This document shows, in pieces, positions 18,896 through 29,996 of a stretch of 64,000 bases of DNA. The DNA is from an uncultured Bacilli bacterium (GTDB lineage: Bacteria > Bacillota_I > Bacilli_A > RF39 > UBA660): the NCBI GenBank assembly GCA_934098745.1, contig CAKOPG010000001.1, positions 36,441 through 100,440 on the forward strand, written 5' to 3'. Each line of letters starts with the position of its first letter. Position 1 is the stretch's first letter. The notes beneath the pieces are model-generated. The model was not told where the DNA came from. It did no database searches and saw nothing but the letters and a program-made list of their open reading frames with translations. Made by a program: the position numbers and the translations under genes.

Positions 18896-21034
18896 ATGTT
18901 ACAATTAAGAAATATATCTAAATATTATATGTATGGAAAGAATAAAAAGATGGTATTAGATGGGGTATCTATTGATTTTAAAAGGGAAGAATTAGTATTT
19001 ATATTAGGAGCATCTGGATCAGGTAAGAGTACATTACTTAATATTATTGCAGGTAATAAAAGGTGTGATAGTGGAGAAATATTATTAGATGGTGAAGATA
19101 TTAGTAAGAGGAATGATAAATATTTAGATAATTATCGTGGTAGTATGATTGGATATGTTTATCAGGATTATAATTTAATAGAATATTTATCGGTATATGA
19201 TAATGTTATGTTGGGATGTACTAAGAAGGTAGATAAGAGAAGGGTTACTTTATTATTAAAACAACTAGGGATAAGTGATAAGAGACATATAATTGTCAGT
19301 AAGCTATCGGGAGGAGAAAAGCAAAGGGTAGCTATAGCAAGAGCTATGATTAAAGATCCTGCAATAATACTTTGTGATGAACCTACGGGTGCAGTTGATA
19401 GTGTTAATAGTAGGAATATTATTCAAATACTTAAGATAATATCTGAGAAAAGATTAGTTATTGTAGTTAGTCATGATGAGGATTTAGCTATGGATTATGG
19501 GGATAGAATTATCAGGATAAAGGATGGACATGTCAATTATCAAAAGATAAATGATAATAAGTTAATAGGTAATGTTAGAGAGAATAAAGTAAGAAAAAGA
19601 AGTCTTCTTTTAATGGCTATTAAAAACTTAGGTATGAAGTTAGGAAGAACTATATGGTCATCTTTAGCTTTATCTTTAGGTATTATCAGTATGTCTTTAG
19701 TAATATGTTTGGGAAATAATTTTAATAAAGAAATAAATAGTTTAGAGAAGAAAATAGTGGGATTATTTCCTATTAGTATAATAAATGAAGAAATAGATAT
19801 TCAAGATACTACTAAAAATACTAGTAATAAGATAATTATAAAGAATAATAATTATAAACATATAAATAAGATAGATAATAATTATTTAGAATATTTAAAA
19901 AATATTAAAGAAATTAATTATATTAGATATAGTTATGATGTATTAATACCTTTTATTAGTGATAGATATAAGTTATTAGATAATAATTATTTAGAAATGA
20001 TTCCAGATAGTGAGTTTATAATAGATAATTATGATATTATTTATGGTAATAATATAAATAATAAATTTGATATTCTTATTAAGATAGATAGTAATAATAG
20101 TGTAGATAGGGAATTACTTAATTATTTTAATATAGTTAGTGATATTTCTTATAATGATATTATAGGGAGAAAGATAAAAGTTATTTTAAATGATAGTTAT
20201 TATCAGGAGAATAATGGTTATTATTATATAAATACAAATAATAAGGAAATGTATAATGATAGTTTAATAGAACTTAAGATAGTTGGTGTTGTTAAAGAGA
20301 AGGAAAGTATTGATAATAATAGTAAGATTATATATAGTAGTGAATTATTTGCGATGATAATAAATAAGAATATGGATAGTAATATTATTAATAGTCAAAA
20401 GGTTAATAGTTATAATGTCATTGGAATTAATAAGAATAAGGAAGAAATGTTAAATTATTTGGGATATAAAAGTAGGCCTACAGGGGTATTTATATATGTA
20501 GATAATCTTAATAATAAGAAAATAGTTATTAATAAACTAGATGATTATAATAAGAAAATGGGCGATAAATATTTAAAGTATTCGGATACTTTTGAAGATA
20601 TGCTTAAGATAGTAAGAGATTTTATTAAGATAATTACAGTAGTACTTTTAGTATTTTCAATTATATCTATAATAATATCTTTAATAATGGTGGGAATACT
20701 TACTAATGTTAGAATATTAGAAAGAAGAAAAGAAATAGGAATACTTAGGGGTCTTGGTTTTAGTAAGAGAAATATAAGATGGTTATTTAATATGGAGAAT
20801 AGAATTATAGTTATTTTTTCTTCAGTAATAGGAATATTTGTTCTTAAAGGGTTAGAAACTCCTGTTAACAAGATAATGTATAAGGTAATGGAGGTAGATA
20901 ATATATTTATAATAGATTATTTTTATGTATTAGAAATAGTAATTATTAATTTATTGCTTGTTAGATTAATTAGTTTTATTCCTTTAAGAAGGGCTAGTAA
21001 TATGGAAATTACTAAGTGTATTTATAATAGATAG
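18896..21034 (+). CDS. ABC transporter, fused ATP-binding domain and FtsX/MacB-type permease
   Basis: Walker A GASGSGKSTLLN; signature LSGGEKQRVAIARAM; Walker B ILCDEPTGAVD. TM1, then an approximately 290-aa N/I/K/Y-rich extracytoplasmic domain. C-terminal FtsX-like ILRGLGFSKRNIRW with 3 TMs. TTGACA-17-TATTAT promoter at 18831-18859. Confidence 0.8.
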   Translation: MLQLRNISKYYMYGKNKKMVLDGVSIDFKREELVFILGASGSGKSTLLNIIAGNKRCDSGEILLDGEDISKRNDKYLDNYRGSMIGYVYQDYNLIEYLSVYDNVMLGCTKKVDKRRVTLLLKQLGISDKRHIIVSKLSGGEKQRVAIARAMIKDPAIILCDEPTGAVDSVNSRNIIQILKIISEKRLVIVVSHDEDLAMDYGDRIIRIKDGHVNYQKINDNKLIGNVRENKVRKRSLLLMAIKNLGMKLGRTIWSSLALSLGIISMSLVICLGNNFNKEINSLEKKIVGLFPISIINEEIDIQDTTKNTSNKIIIKNNNYKHINKIDNNYLEYLKNIKEINYIRYSYDVLIPFISDRYKLLDNNYLEMIPDSEFIIDNYDIIYGNNINNKFDILIKIDSNNSVDRELLNYFNIVSDISYNDIIGRKIKVILNDSYYQENNGYYYINTNNKEMYNDSLIELKIVGVVKEKESIDNNSKIIYSSELFAMIINKNMDSNIINSQKVNSYNVIGINKNKEEMLNYLGYKSRPTGVFIYVDNLNNKKIVINKLDDYNKKMGDKYLKYSDTFEDMLKIVRDFIKIITVVLLVFSIISIIISLIMVGILTNVRILERRKEIGILRGLGFSKRNIRWLFNMENRIIVIFSSVIGIFVLKGLETPVNKIMYKVMEVDNIFIIDYFYVLEIVIINLLLVRLISFIPLRRASNMEITKCIYNR

Positions 21035-21411
21035 GTAAGATATGGGGATACGGGTATTAATATAGCTATATGTATAGAGGAATTTATTAGCTAGAATTAG
21101 GAATAGATAATTAACTAACGGTAATTCTAGCTTTGTCATATTTATAATATTAAAGAGTATAATATTTAGAGGTTAAGTATTAAAGATATGAAAAGATAGA
21201 TATAAGAAGGGTTATGAATAATATATGAAGTGTAATAAAATTAGAGAAAATACTTGACTAAATAATAATAATTTGATATTATTGAAATGTTCATGAATTT
21301 AGGTTTTGCTTTTGGCAAGACTTATATTTATTAAGCAAAATGAAACACCTGGGTATGTGTATGCAAAACATACTTAAAATACTGGGTGTATAAGTGAGAG
21401 GAGGATAAGAA

Positions 21412-21825
21412 ATGCCTACAGTAAATCAAATAATTAGAAAAGGTAGAGGTAGTAAGAAGAGAAAGAGTAAATCACCAGCTTTATTAGTTGGAATGAACAC
21501 AATTGAAAGACATCAAACTAATCAAACTTCACCACAAAAAAGAGGTGTATGTACAAGGGTTGGAACAATGACTCCCAAAAAACCAAACTCTGCTTTAAGA
21601 AAGTATGCGAGAGTTAGATTATCTAATGGAATGGAAGTTACTTGTTATATTCCAGGAATTGGACATAATTTACAGGAACATAGTGTTGTTCTAATTAGAG
21701 GTGGCCGTGTTAAAGACTTAATCGGTGTTCGTTATCATATTATTCGTGGTACAATGGATACTGCTGGAGTTCAAGATCGTAAACAAGGAAGAAGTAAATA
21801 CGGTGCTAAGAAACCTAAAAAGTAA
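21412..21825 (+). CDS. rpsL: 30S ribosomal protein S12
   Basis: [12 protein letters not shown]...[10 protein letters not shown]. Promoter TTGACT-17-TATTAT at 21256-21284. Confidence 0.95.
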   Translation: MPTVNQIIRKGRGSKKRKSKSPALLVGMNTIERHQTNQTSPQKRGVCTRVGTMTPKKPNSALRKYARVRLSNGMEVTCYIPGIGHNLQEHSVVLIRGGRVKDLIGVRYHIIRGTMDTAGVQDRKQGRSKYGAKKPKK

Positions 21826-21863
21826 GATAGAAATATATTAAATATATTGAAGGGAGGATAAAA

Positions 21864-22331
21864 ATGAGAAAGAGACAAGCTGTTAAAAGAGATGTACTAC
21901 CAGATCCTATATATAAATCTAAAGTAGTTACTAAACTTATCAATCAAATAATGAGAGATGGTAAAAAGGGTACTTCACAAAAGATTTTATATGGTGCTTT
22001 CGATATGATTCGTGAGAAAACTGGTGAAGAACCAATGACAATATTTGAAAAAGCAATGAATAATATAAAACCAGCTCTAGAAGTTAAATCAAGAAGAGTT
22101 GGAGGAGCTAACTATCAAGTTCCAGTTGAAGTTAAACCTGAAAGAGCACAAGCATTAGCTTTTAGATGGTTAATTAATTATGCTAGACTTAGAAATGGTC
22201 ATAGTATGGCTGAAAATTTAGCAAATGAAATTATTGATGCATCAAATGGTATTGGTGCTTCAGTTAAGAAGAAAGATGATACCCATAAAATGGCAGAGGC
22301 TAATAAGGCATTTGCACATTATAGATGGTAG
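21864..22331 (+). CDS. rpsG: 30S ribosomal protein S7
   Basis: Conserved S7 sequence; RBS GGGAGG. Confidence 0.95.
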   Translation: MRKRQAVKRDVLPDPIYKSKVVTKLINQIMRDGKKGTSQKILYGAFDMIREKTGEEPMTIFEKAMNNIKPALEVKSRRVGGANYQVPVEVKPERAQALAFRWLINYARLRNGHSMAENLANEIIDASNGIGASVKKKDDTHKMAEANKAFAHYRW

Positions 22332-22346
22332 AAAGGATAAAACAAT

Positions 22347-24419
22347 ATGGCTCGTAAAATTAGTTTAGAGAATACAAGAAATATTGGAATTATGGCTCAT
22401 ATTGATGCAGGTAAGACTACTTGTACTGAACGTGTTCTATATCATACTGGTAAGATTCATAAGATTGGTGAAACACATGATGGAGCTAGTCAAATGGACT
22501 GGATGGAACAAGAACAAGAAAGAGGTATTACTATTACATCAGCGGCAACGACAGCCTATTGGAAAGGTCATAGATTTAATATAATTGATACTCCAGGACA
22601 CGTAGATTTTACTATTGAAGTTCAAAGAAGTTTAAGAGTACTAGATGGGGCTGTACTATTATTAGACTCTCAAGCTGGTGTTGAACCACAAAGTGAAACT
22701 GTATGGAGACAAGCAAATGAATATAAAGTACCTAGAATAATATTCTCAAATAAGATGGATAAGATGGGTGCAGATTTCTTTATGAGTTTAAATAGTGTTA
22801 AGGATAGACTTGGTGCGAAGAGTGCTGCTATCGAATTACCTATTGGGGCTGAAAATGAATTTAGAGGTGTTGTTAACTTAGTTACAATGACAGCTTTAGA
22901 ATTTGATGGAAGTCAGGATGAAAACGCTAAAGAAATAGAAATTCCTGAGGAATTAAAAGATAAGGCTTTAGAATATAGAAATATATTAATTGAAGCAGTA
23001 GCTGATTATGATGAAGAATTAATGATGAAGTATCTAGATGGTGAAGAGATATCTGTAGAACTTTTAAAGAAAGCTATTAGAGAGGCTACTTTAAAAGCTG
23101 AATTCTTCCCATTCATGTGTGGAACAGCTTTAGGAAATATGGGTATTAAACCACTTCTTGATGCAGTTATTGATTATTTACCTAGTCCACTTGATGTACC
23201 TTCAATTGAATGTACAGATGCAAATGGTAATGAGGTACTTAGACATCCTTCTGATTCTGAACCATTTACAGCTTTAGCATTTAAGGTTATGACAGATCCA
23301 TTCGTAGGTAAGCTTACTTTCTTTAGAGTATATTCAGGTACTTTAAAGAGTGGTAGTTATGTAATGAATTCTACGAAGGGTGAGAAAGAAAGAATTGGAA
23401 GAATCTTATTAATGCATGCAAATCACAGAGAAGAAATTGACGAAGTTTATGCTGGTGATATAGCAGCAGCTGTAGGACTTAAAGATACAACAACAGCTGA
23501 TACATTATGCGATGAAAAGAAGATTGCAATTCTTAAAGGTATGGAATTCCCAGAACCAGTTATTACTCAAGCTGTTGAACCTAAATCAAAAGCTGATCAA
23601 GATAAGATGGGAATTGCTTTAGCTAAATTAGCGGAAGAAGATCCAACATTTAGAATGAAGACTGATCATGAAACTGGTCAAACAGTAATTAGTGGTATGG
23701 GTGAACTTCATCTAGATGTACTTATCGATAGAATGAGAAGAGAATTTGGTGTTGAAGCTACAGTTGGTGCTCCACAAGTAGCATACCGTGAAACTATTAC
23801 CCAAGCTGCTGATTGTGTTGGAAAACATATTAAACAATCTGGTGGTCGTGGACAATATGGACACGTTGAAATTCACTTTGAACCAAATCCTGATAAGGGA
23901 TATGAATTTGTTGATAAAATTGTTGGTGGTGTAGTTCCAAGAGAATACATTCCAGTAGTTGATAAAGGATTACAAGAAGCAATGGCTTCAGGTATTTTAG
24001 CAGGATATCCAATGGTAGATGTTAAAGCAACATTATTCTTTGGATCATATCATGATGTCGATTCATCTGAAATGGCCTTTAAGATAGCTGCTTCACTTGC
24101 TTTAAAGGAAGCTAAAGCTAAATGTAAACCAGTATTACTTGAACCTATTATGAAAGTAGTAGTAGTTGCTCCAGATGAATATACAGGTGGGGTAATTGGT
24201 GATATTACTTCAAGAAGAGGTAAACCACTTGGTCAAGAATCAAGAGGAAATGCAATAGCATTTACGGCAATGGTTCCCCTTGCAGAAATGTTTGGTTATG
24301 CAACAAGTTTAAGATCTAATACTCAAGGTAGAGGTACATTTACAATGACAATGGATCACTACGAAGAGGTTCCAAAATCTATTGCTGAAGAAATTATTAA
24401 GAAAAATGGTGGAAATTAG
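22347..24419 (+). CDS. fusA: Elongation factor G
   Basis: G1 AHIDAGKTT; DTPGHVDF; 690 aa. Confidence 0.96.
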   Translation: MARKISLENTRNIGIMAHIDAGKTTCTERVLYHTGKIHKIGETHDGASQMDWMEQEQERGITITSAATTAYWKGHRFNIIDTPGHVDFTIEVQRSLRVLDGAVLLLDSQAGVEPQSETVWRQANEYKVPRIIFSNKMDKMGADFFMSLNSVKDRLGAKSAAIELPIGAENEFRGVVNLVTMTALEFDGSQDENAKEIEIPEELKDKALEYRNILIEAVADYDEELMMKYLDGEEISVELLKKAIREATLKAEFFPFMCGTALGNMGIKPLLDAVIDYLPSPLDVPSIECTDANGNEVLRHPSDSEPFTALAFKVMTDPFVGKLTFFRVYSGTLKSGSYVMNSTKGEKERIGRILLMHANHREEIDEVYAGDIAAAVGLKDTTTADTLCDEKKIAILKGMEFPEPVITQAVEPKSKADQDKMGIALAKLAEEDPTFRMKTDHETGQTVISGMGELHLDVLIDRMRREFGVEATVGAPQVAYRETITQAADCVGKHIKQSGGRGQYGHVEIHFEPNPDKGYEFVDKIVGGVVPREYIPVVDKGLQEAMASGILAGYPMVDVKATLFFGSYHDVDSSEMAFKIAASLALKEAKAKCKPVLLEPIMKVVVVAPDEYTGGVIGDITSRRGKPLGQESRGNAIAFTAMVPLAEMFGYATSLRSNTQGRGTFTMTMDHYEEVPKSIAEEIIKKNGGN

Positions 24420-24486
24420 TAATAGTACTTGCAAAAATTTTAAAATTTGCTAAAATTATATATATAAAGAAAGAGAGGAAATTAAA

Positions 24487-25671
24487 ATGGCAAAAGCAAA
24501 ATTTGATCGTAGCAAACCACATGTTAACATTGGTACAATTGGCCACGTTGACCATGGTAAAACTACATTAACAGCTGCTATATCTGCACATTTAGCTGGA
24601 AAAAACGGAAATGAAAAAGTTGATTTCGCTAATATCGATAAAGCACCTGAAGAAAGAGAAAGAGGAATTACAATTAATACTGCTCATATCGAGTACAGTA
24701 CTGAAAAGAGACACTATGCACACGTTGACTGCCCAGGACATGCTGACTACGTTAAGAACATGATTACTGGTGCTGCTCAAATGGATGGAGCAATCTTAGT
24801 TATTGCTGCTACTGATGGACCAATGGCGCAAACTAGAGAACATATCTTACTTGCTCGTCAAGTTGGAGTTCCTAGAATGGTTGTATTCATGAACAAGTGT
24901 GATATGGTTGATGATGAAGAATTACTAGACTTAGTTGAAATGGAAATTCGTGAATTATTAACTGAATATGGATATGATGGAGATAATACACCAATCATTA
25001 GAGGTTCTGCTCTTAAGGCTCTTGAAGGAGATCCTGCTTGGACAGCTAAGATTGATGAATTAATGGATGCTGTTGATACTTGGATTCCAACTCCAGAAAG
25101 AGATAATGACAAACCATTCTTAATGTCAATTGAAGACGTATTTACTATCACAGGACGTGGAACTGTTGTTACAGGTCGTGTTGAAAGAGGTATGTTAAAA
25201 CTTAACGATGAAGTTGAAATCGTTGGTCTTAAAGATACTAAAAAGACAGTTGTTACTGGTATTGAAATGTTCAGAAAACAACTTGACTTTGCTGAAGCTG
25301 GAGATAATGCTGGTGTACTTCTACGTGGTATTGCAAGAGAAGACGTTGAAAGAGGTCAAGTACTTGCTAAACCAGGAAGTGTTCATCCACATAAAAAATT
25401 CAAAGCACAAGTTTATGTACTTTCTAAAGAAGAAGGTGGAAGACATACACCATTCTTTACAAACTACAGACCACAATTCTACTTCAGAACTACTGATGTT
25501 ACTGGTGTAATTACATTACCAGAAGGAACTGAAATGGTTATGCCTGGAGATAATGTAACTATGACTGTTGAATTAATAGCTCCAATCGCTGTTGAAAACG
25601 GAACTAAGTTCTCTATTCGTGAGGGTGGAAGAACTGTTGGTGCTGGATCAGTTTCTGAAATTATTGAATAA
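24487..25671 (+). CDS. tuf: Elongation factor Tu
   Basis: [22 protein letters not shown]; 394 aa. Confidence 0.97.
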   Translation: MAKAKFDRSKPHVNIGTIGHVDHGKTTLTAAISAHLAGKNGNEKVDFANIDKAPEERERGITINTAHIEYSTEKRHYAHVDCPGHADYVKNMITGAAQMDGAILVIAATDGPMAQTREHILLARQVGVPRMVVFMNKCDMVDDEELLDLVEMEIRELLTEYGYDGDNTPIIRGSALKALEGDPAWTAKIDELMDAVDTWIPTPERDNDKPFLMSIEDVFTITGRGTVVTGRVERGMLKLNDEVEIVGLKDTKKTVVTGIEMFRKQLDFAEAGDNAGVLLRGIAREDVERGQVLAKPGSVHPHKKFKAQVYVLSKEEGGRHTPFFTNYRPQFYFRTTDVTGVITLPEGTEMVMPGDNVTMTVELIAPIAVENGTKFSIREGGRTVGAGSVSEIIE

Positions 25672-25681
25672 TTAAACTAAA

Positions 25682-25711
25682 ACTATCAAGAAATACTTGG
25701 TAGTTTTTTTC
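25682..25711 (+). terminator. Rho-independent terminator after tuf
   Basis: actatcaag-aaata-cttggtagt followed by T7. Confidence 0.6.
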
Positions 25712-25766
25712 TTTATGTATATCTTTATTTTTCTTTTAATATGTGTTATATTTAAAATGGTGATAG

Positions 25767-26411
25767 ATGATGTTAATATATGTAGCTAGTGCATTAATAT
25801 TAATGCCATACATTATTTATTTTTTTAATATATTGATTAATAAAGATAAAAAGGTAACTGATGATAATGGATTTAATGTTACTAAGGATATTGTATCTTC
25901 ATATGATAAGATTAATATTATAGAGACAACAGGATTAGTTACTTATTATAATCCTAAAAGAAAAGTAATTAAACTTAATAGTAAGTGCTATTATGGATCT
26001 AATTTAAGTGTAATAGCCATATCTTTATTGGAAGCAGGAATATCGGTTACTGATAATAAAAAGAATAAATACTTAAAGATATTTAAAGTATTATTTAGTA
26101 ATTTAAAATTACTTTATATATTTCCATTAATAATATGTTTTATAAATACCCAAGTATATGAATTATATGATGCAGTAGTTGGTTTAATTTTAGTTATACT
26201 TTGTACAACAATTACTTATATGTTTAATAATATAATAATTTTGTCTTTTGATTGGGTAAGTAATAATATTGAAAAAGTTAAATCTATCTCAAAAAGGAAT
26301 AAAGAATTAGTTATTAATTATATTAAGAATATTGTTTTTATGAATAGATTTATCTTTTTTGGAGAATTATTAATAATTATTAGAATGGTAGCAATAATTA
26401 TTAGTAAATAA
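25767..26411 (+). CDS. Polytopic membrane protein, YugP-like (putative zinc-metallopeptidase family) with a degenerate HExxH motif
   Basis: GLVTYYNPKRKVIKLNSKCYYGSNLSVIAISLLEAGISV aligns to my memory of the YugP-family G.LSDHYDPR.K.VRLS...AAHExGHAI block. LEAGI sits where HExGH is expected. N- and C-terminal TMs. Confidence 0.4.
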   Translation: MMLIYVASALILMPYIIYFFNILINKDKKVTDDNGFNVTKDIVSSYDKINIIETTGLVTYYNPKRKVIKLNSKCYYGSNLSVIAISLLEAGISVTDNKKNKYLKIFKVLFSNLKLLYIFPLIICFINTQVYELYDAVVGLILVILCTTITYMFNNIIILSFDWVSNNIEKVKSISKRNKELVINYIKNIVFMNRFIFFGELLIIIRMVAIIISK

Positions 26412-26481
26412 TAAATAGTACTGATATAATTAATTTAAGGTAGGAGTATATGAATGAGTAAGAAGAAAATAATTAGGGGTA

Positions 26482-27609
26482 ATGGTATTTTGTTTAGCAT
26501 TGGTATTGGGGTATACAATATTAAATAATAAGAATGATAAGAAAGATAATTCAGTAAGTATAGATGATAAGGTTGAGTCTGTAATTACTTTAGATATTAA
26601 TCCAAGTATAAAGTTAGAAATAAATAAAGATAAACAAGTTATTAATATGATATCTTTAAATGAAGATGGAAAAGATATCATTATAAATAATTATAAAGGA
26701 AAGAATTTTGAGGTAATTATAGATAATATTACTGATAAATTAATTGATAAAGGATATGCCAAAGATGAATTGATTATTTTAGTAGGAGTTAAGGGAAAGA
26801 TTCTTGAAGAAGAAGTAAAAGAGGTTTTTGATAATAAGTTAGAGAATAAGGATATTAAATATAATATAATTATTCCAGAAATTAGTGAGAGTTCTTCTTT
26901 AATAGCTAAAAAGTATAATATTACTGATAGTAAGGCTTCATATTTAGAGGATATTTTAGAAAAATATACAGATTTAAAAATAGAAGATTTAAAAGATATG
27001 AATATAAAAGATATTATTACTAAAACTGAAGAAATAGATAAATCACTTGATAATGATAATAAGGAAGAGAATAATAATAGTGATAATCAGGGAAATGGCA
27101 ATTCTTATGGTGGAGGGTATGGAACACTAGAGAAATGTAATTATGTAAGCAGGGCTTTAACGAATGAAGAAGCAGGTAAGAAAGTGGCTTCATTAATGGG
27201 AGCTAGTGTTGGTACGGGAAAATACTGCGATAAGTTGGCACCGGAGTCGGTGGCAGATTTGTCGGCTGATGGTACATGTGTATATAAAGTAACATTTGCC
27301 CATAGGACTAGATCATGCGTTTATTATGTAGGGGTTGAGACAGGTAATATAATAGGAGAACCTAGTTGTACTTCAAAATTAGTAGATGAAGGAGAAGTCC
27401 AATGTATTGTTATGGAATCAATGGGAATTACAAAGCGTGAACAAGCATATTTAAAAAATAATAGAGATAATGGTAGTGGATGGATATATGATGTAGAAGA
27501 TGTATATGGAACACCTGATGAAGAAGGAAAAAAATATATTTATGAATATCATGTATCTAAATATACGGGAGAGATTACTAGTAAAATAAAAATTGGGGAA
27601 TTATCTTGA
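26482..27609 (+). CDS. Exported or membrane-anchored protein with an N-terminal DINPS-containing region and two C-terminal PepSY-like domains; N-terminus possibly frameshifted (alternative start 26454)
   Basis: ITLDINPSIKLEINKDKQVINMISLNEDGKDII (RsgI-like, from memory). PepSY-like KVTFAHRTRSCVYYVGVETGNIIGE and YEYHVSKYTGEITSKIKIGE. Strong RBS AGGAGT serves ATG 26454, which is in another frame. Confidence 0.5.
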   Translation: MVFCLALVLGYTILNNKNDKKDNSVSIDDKVESVITLDINPSIKLEINKDKQVINMISLNEDGKDIIINNYKGKNFEVIIDNITDKLIDKGYAKDELIILVGVKGKILEEEVKEVFDNKLENKDIKYNIIIPEISESSSLIAKKYNITDSKASYLEDILEKYTDLKIEDLKDMNIKDIITKTEEIDKSLDNDNKEENNNSDNQGNGNSYGGGYGTLEKCNYVSRALTNEEAGKKVASLMGASVGTGKYCDKLAPESVADLSADGTCVYKVTFAHRTRSCVYYVGVETGNIIGEPSCTSKLVDEGEVQCIVMESMGITKREQAYLKNNRDNGSGWIYDVEDVYGTPDEEGKKYIYEYHVSKYTGEITSKIKIGELS

Positions 27610-27765
27610 GATATTTTAGAATAAATGTATAAATAAAATTATATATTTATTCTATTTTTTGTAAAATAAATGATTTGTTTTGGAAATAGTTTGTTACAAA
27701 TTATTTATGTTGCCTTTTAATAAAAAAAATGATATACTCTAAATAAAGGATAGTGGGTAAATTAT

Positions 27766-29358
27766 ATGAAAAAGAGTGATAAGAAATTAATTATAGTATT
27801 ATTGATTATGTTAGTTGTTTATGTTGTAAGAAACGTAAGTATTAACATTGGAAAAAGTGTAATATTTAATACAGATAATGTTTTGAATATATTATCTTCT
27901 TATGAGAATGCTGATTTAGAAGATAATATAAAATCTTATGCTAAAAGGAAGAAAATTAATTTGAAATTTACCTACATGGGGGATTTGGATATAGTAGATG
28001 AATTAAATATTAATTCTAAGAATTATGATGCTGTATGGATAGCTAATTCTATGTGGTTATATATGTTAGATAATCCATATTTAGCGAGTGATTCAAAGAG
28101 TATTAGTATTAGCCCAGTAGTATTTGGAGTTAAGAAAAGTAAGGCTTTAGATTTGGGATTAACATCAGGTGATGTTTCAAATGAAGATATATTAAATTTA
28201 ATTATGGAAAATAAATTAAAATATATTATGCCTTCGGCTACTAAAACAAATACTGGAGCTACGGCGTATATCGGATTTTTAAATTCACTTGCCGGTAATC
28301 CAGAAATATTAACAGAAAGTCATTTAGATAATGAAGAACTAATTAGTAAATTAACTAATTTATTTAAAGGAGTAGAACGTGTAAGTGGTGATGAAAACTT
28401 CTTAAGGGAAATGTTTTTGAATAATGATGAATATGAAGCTGTTATATCGGATGAGGCATCTTTAATTAATATTAATAAAACATTGAAAAGCCAAGGAAAA
28501 GAAGAATTATATTTGATCTATCCTACTGATGGGGTAGCAGTTAATGATTCGACACTAGGATTTATTGGTAATGATGAAGAAAAAAAAGATAAATTTTTAG
28601 TTATCCAGAATTATTTACTTAGTGAAGATGGACAAAAAATGCTAAATGAGGTTGGTAGGAGAACTTGGTATGGGGGAACAAATGATAATGTAGATAAGAG
28701 TGTATTTAATCAAGATTGGGGGATAGATACTACTAAATATTTAAATGTAACAAGATTTCCTTCTAAGAAAGTAATAACTAAAGCAATTAATTTATATATC
28801 GAAGCAATAAGGAAACCTACTCATACAGTATTTTGTTTAGATTATTCAGGAAGTATGTATGGTGATGGTATTAAAGAATTAACTAATGCTATGAAGTATA
28901 TTTTAGATTATAATGAATCTTCCGTAGATAAATTACAATTTTCTAAGAAAGATAAAATAACTGTTATAACATTTAGTAATGAGGTAAGTAATGTGTGGAC
29001 TACTGATAGTGGTTATGAAACGGAAACTTTGATAAATAATATAGAAGGCTTTAATACAGGTGGGGGAACGGCTTTGTATGATGCTATAGAAAATGGGTTA
29101 TTAATATTAAATGATGAAACAGATGATTATACAAAGACGATAATTGCGATGACCGATGGGGCTGTTAATATTGGTAGTTTTAATGATTTATCAAGAACTT
29201 ATAGAAATTTAGATAAAGAGATACCAGTATATAGTATTACTTTTGGAAATGCTAATGAAACAGAATTATCAAGAATTGCAACACTTACAAATGCTAAAGT
29301 ATTTGATGGTAAAACAGATTTACTTAAGGCATTTAAAGAAGTTAGAGGATATAATTAG
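27766..29358 (+). CDS. Membrane-anchored protein with a solute-binding-protein-like domain and a C-terminal von Willebrand factor A domain
   Basis: N-terminal TM. SBP-like PSATKTNTGATAYIGFL. vWA MIDAS LDYSGSM...TDG. Confidence 0.6.
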   Translation: MKKSDKKLIIVLLIMLVVYVVRNVSINIGKSVIFNTDNVLNILSSYENADLEDNIKSYAKRKKINLKFTYMGDLDIVDELNINSKNYDAVWIANSMWLYMLDNPYLASDSKSISISPVVFGVKKSKALDLGLTSGDVSNEDILNLIMENKLKYIMPSATKTNTGATAYIGFLNSLAGNPEILTESHLDNEELISKLTNLFKGVERVSGDENFLREMFLNNDEYEAVISDEASLININKTLKSQGKEELYLIYPTDGVAVNDSTLGFIGNDEEKKDKFLVIQNYLLSEDGQKMLNEVGRRTWYGGTNDNVDKSVFNQDWGIDTTKYLNVTRFPSKKVITKAINLYIEAIRKPTHTVFCLDYSGSMYGDGIKELTNAMKYILDYNESSVDKLQFSKKDKITVITFSNEVSNVWTTDSGYETETLINNIEGFNTGGGTALYDAIENGLLILNDETDDYTKTIIAMTDGAVNIGSFNDLSRTYRNLDKEIPVYSITFGNANETELSRIATLTNAKVFDGKTDLLKAFKEVRGYN

Positions 29359-29369
29359 GGGGTGATATT

Positions 29370-29996
29370 ATGAAACATAAGGATACAGTATCTGCAGTTA
29401 TTGGTAGTATGTTCTTCGCTGTTCCTTATTTAGCATTATCACTTCCGGTATTACCATCGCTTGCTATTGGAGTATCAGCCTTTTGTGCAGGAGAGTTAGT
29501 GTTTGGTAAAACAAAAAATCCTAGTTTAAAAGAGGCAAACTTTGATTTATATAAAGTATTAGAAAATGCTAAAAAGCAAAATAAACATATATTAGAAATG
29601 AAGTCATGTATAGATAATGAAGAAATAAATGCATATTTAACTCAAATACATGATAGTACTGCAAAGATAATTAAAACAGTAGAAAAGAATCCTAAGAAAA
29701 TTAAAAATATAGATAATTTCTTTGATTACTATTTACCAATAACAGTCAGAATAGTAGATAGATATGATGAGATAGAAAATCAAAATTTATCTTCAAAGGA
29801 TAGTAAAAAGTTTATCAGTTCTACATCTAATATGCTTGAAGCAGTGAGTAAAGCTTTTAAAAATATATTAAATAGTTTGTATCAATCGGAAATAGTTGAT
29901 ATGGATGCAGAAATGAAAGTATTTAGTTCGATGTTAAGAGCAGATGGATTTGATGATAATGGAATAGAAGTTAATAAGGAGGATAATAATGGATAA
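29370..29996 (+). CDS. XpaC-like membrane protein (5-bromo-4-chloroindolyl phosphate hydrolysis protein family)
   Basis: About 208 aa with two N-terminal TMs and a helical C-terminal domain. Lies upstream of a TelA-like gene, as for Bacillus subtilis xpaC-yaaN. Assignment by family architecture. Confidence 0.5.
   Translation: MKHKDTVSAVIGSMFFAVPYLALSLPVLPSLAIGVSAFCAGELVFGKTKNPSLKEANFDLYKVLENAKKQNKHILEMKSCIDNEEINAYLTQIHDSTAKIIKTVEKNPKKIKNIDNFFDYYLPITVRIVDRYDEIENQNLSSKDSKKFISSTSNMLEAVSKAFKNILNSLYQSEIVDMDAEMKVFSSMLRADGFDDNGIEVNKEDNNG

Noticed and set aside
21035-21411. Long leader upstream of rpsL as a possible missing small gene (for example an L7Ae-like ybxF) or riboswitch
   Set aside because: It has no ORF with an RBS and no recognisable riboswitch core. 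It contains the rpsL promoter (TTGACT-17-TATTAT), and I could not confirm a ribosomal-protein leader structure by eye.
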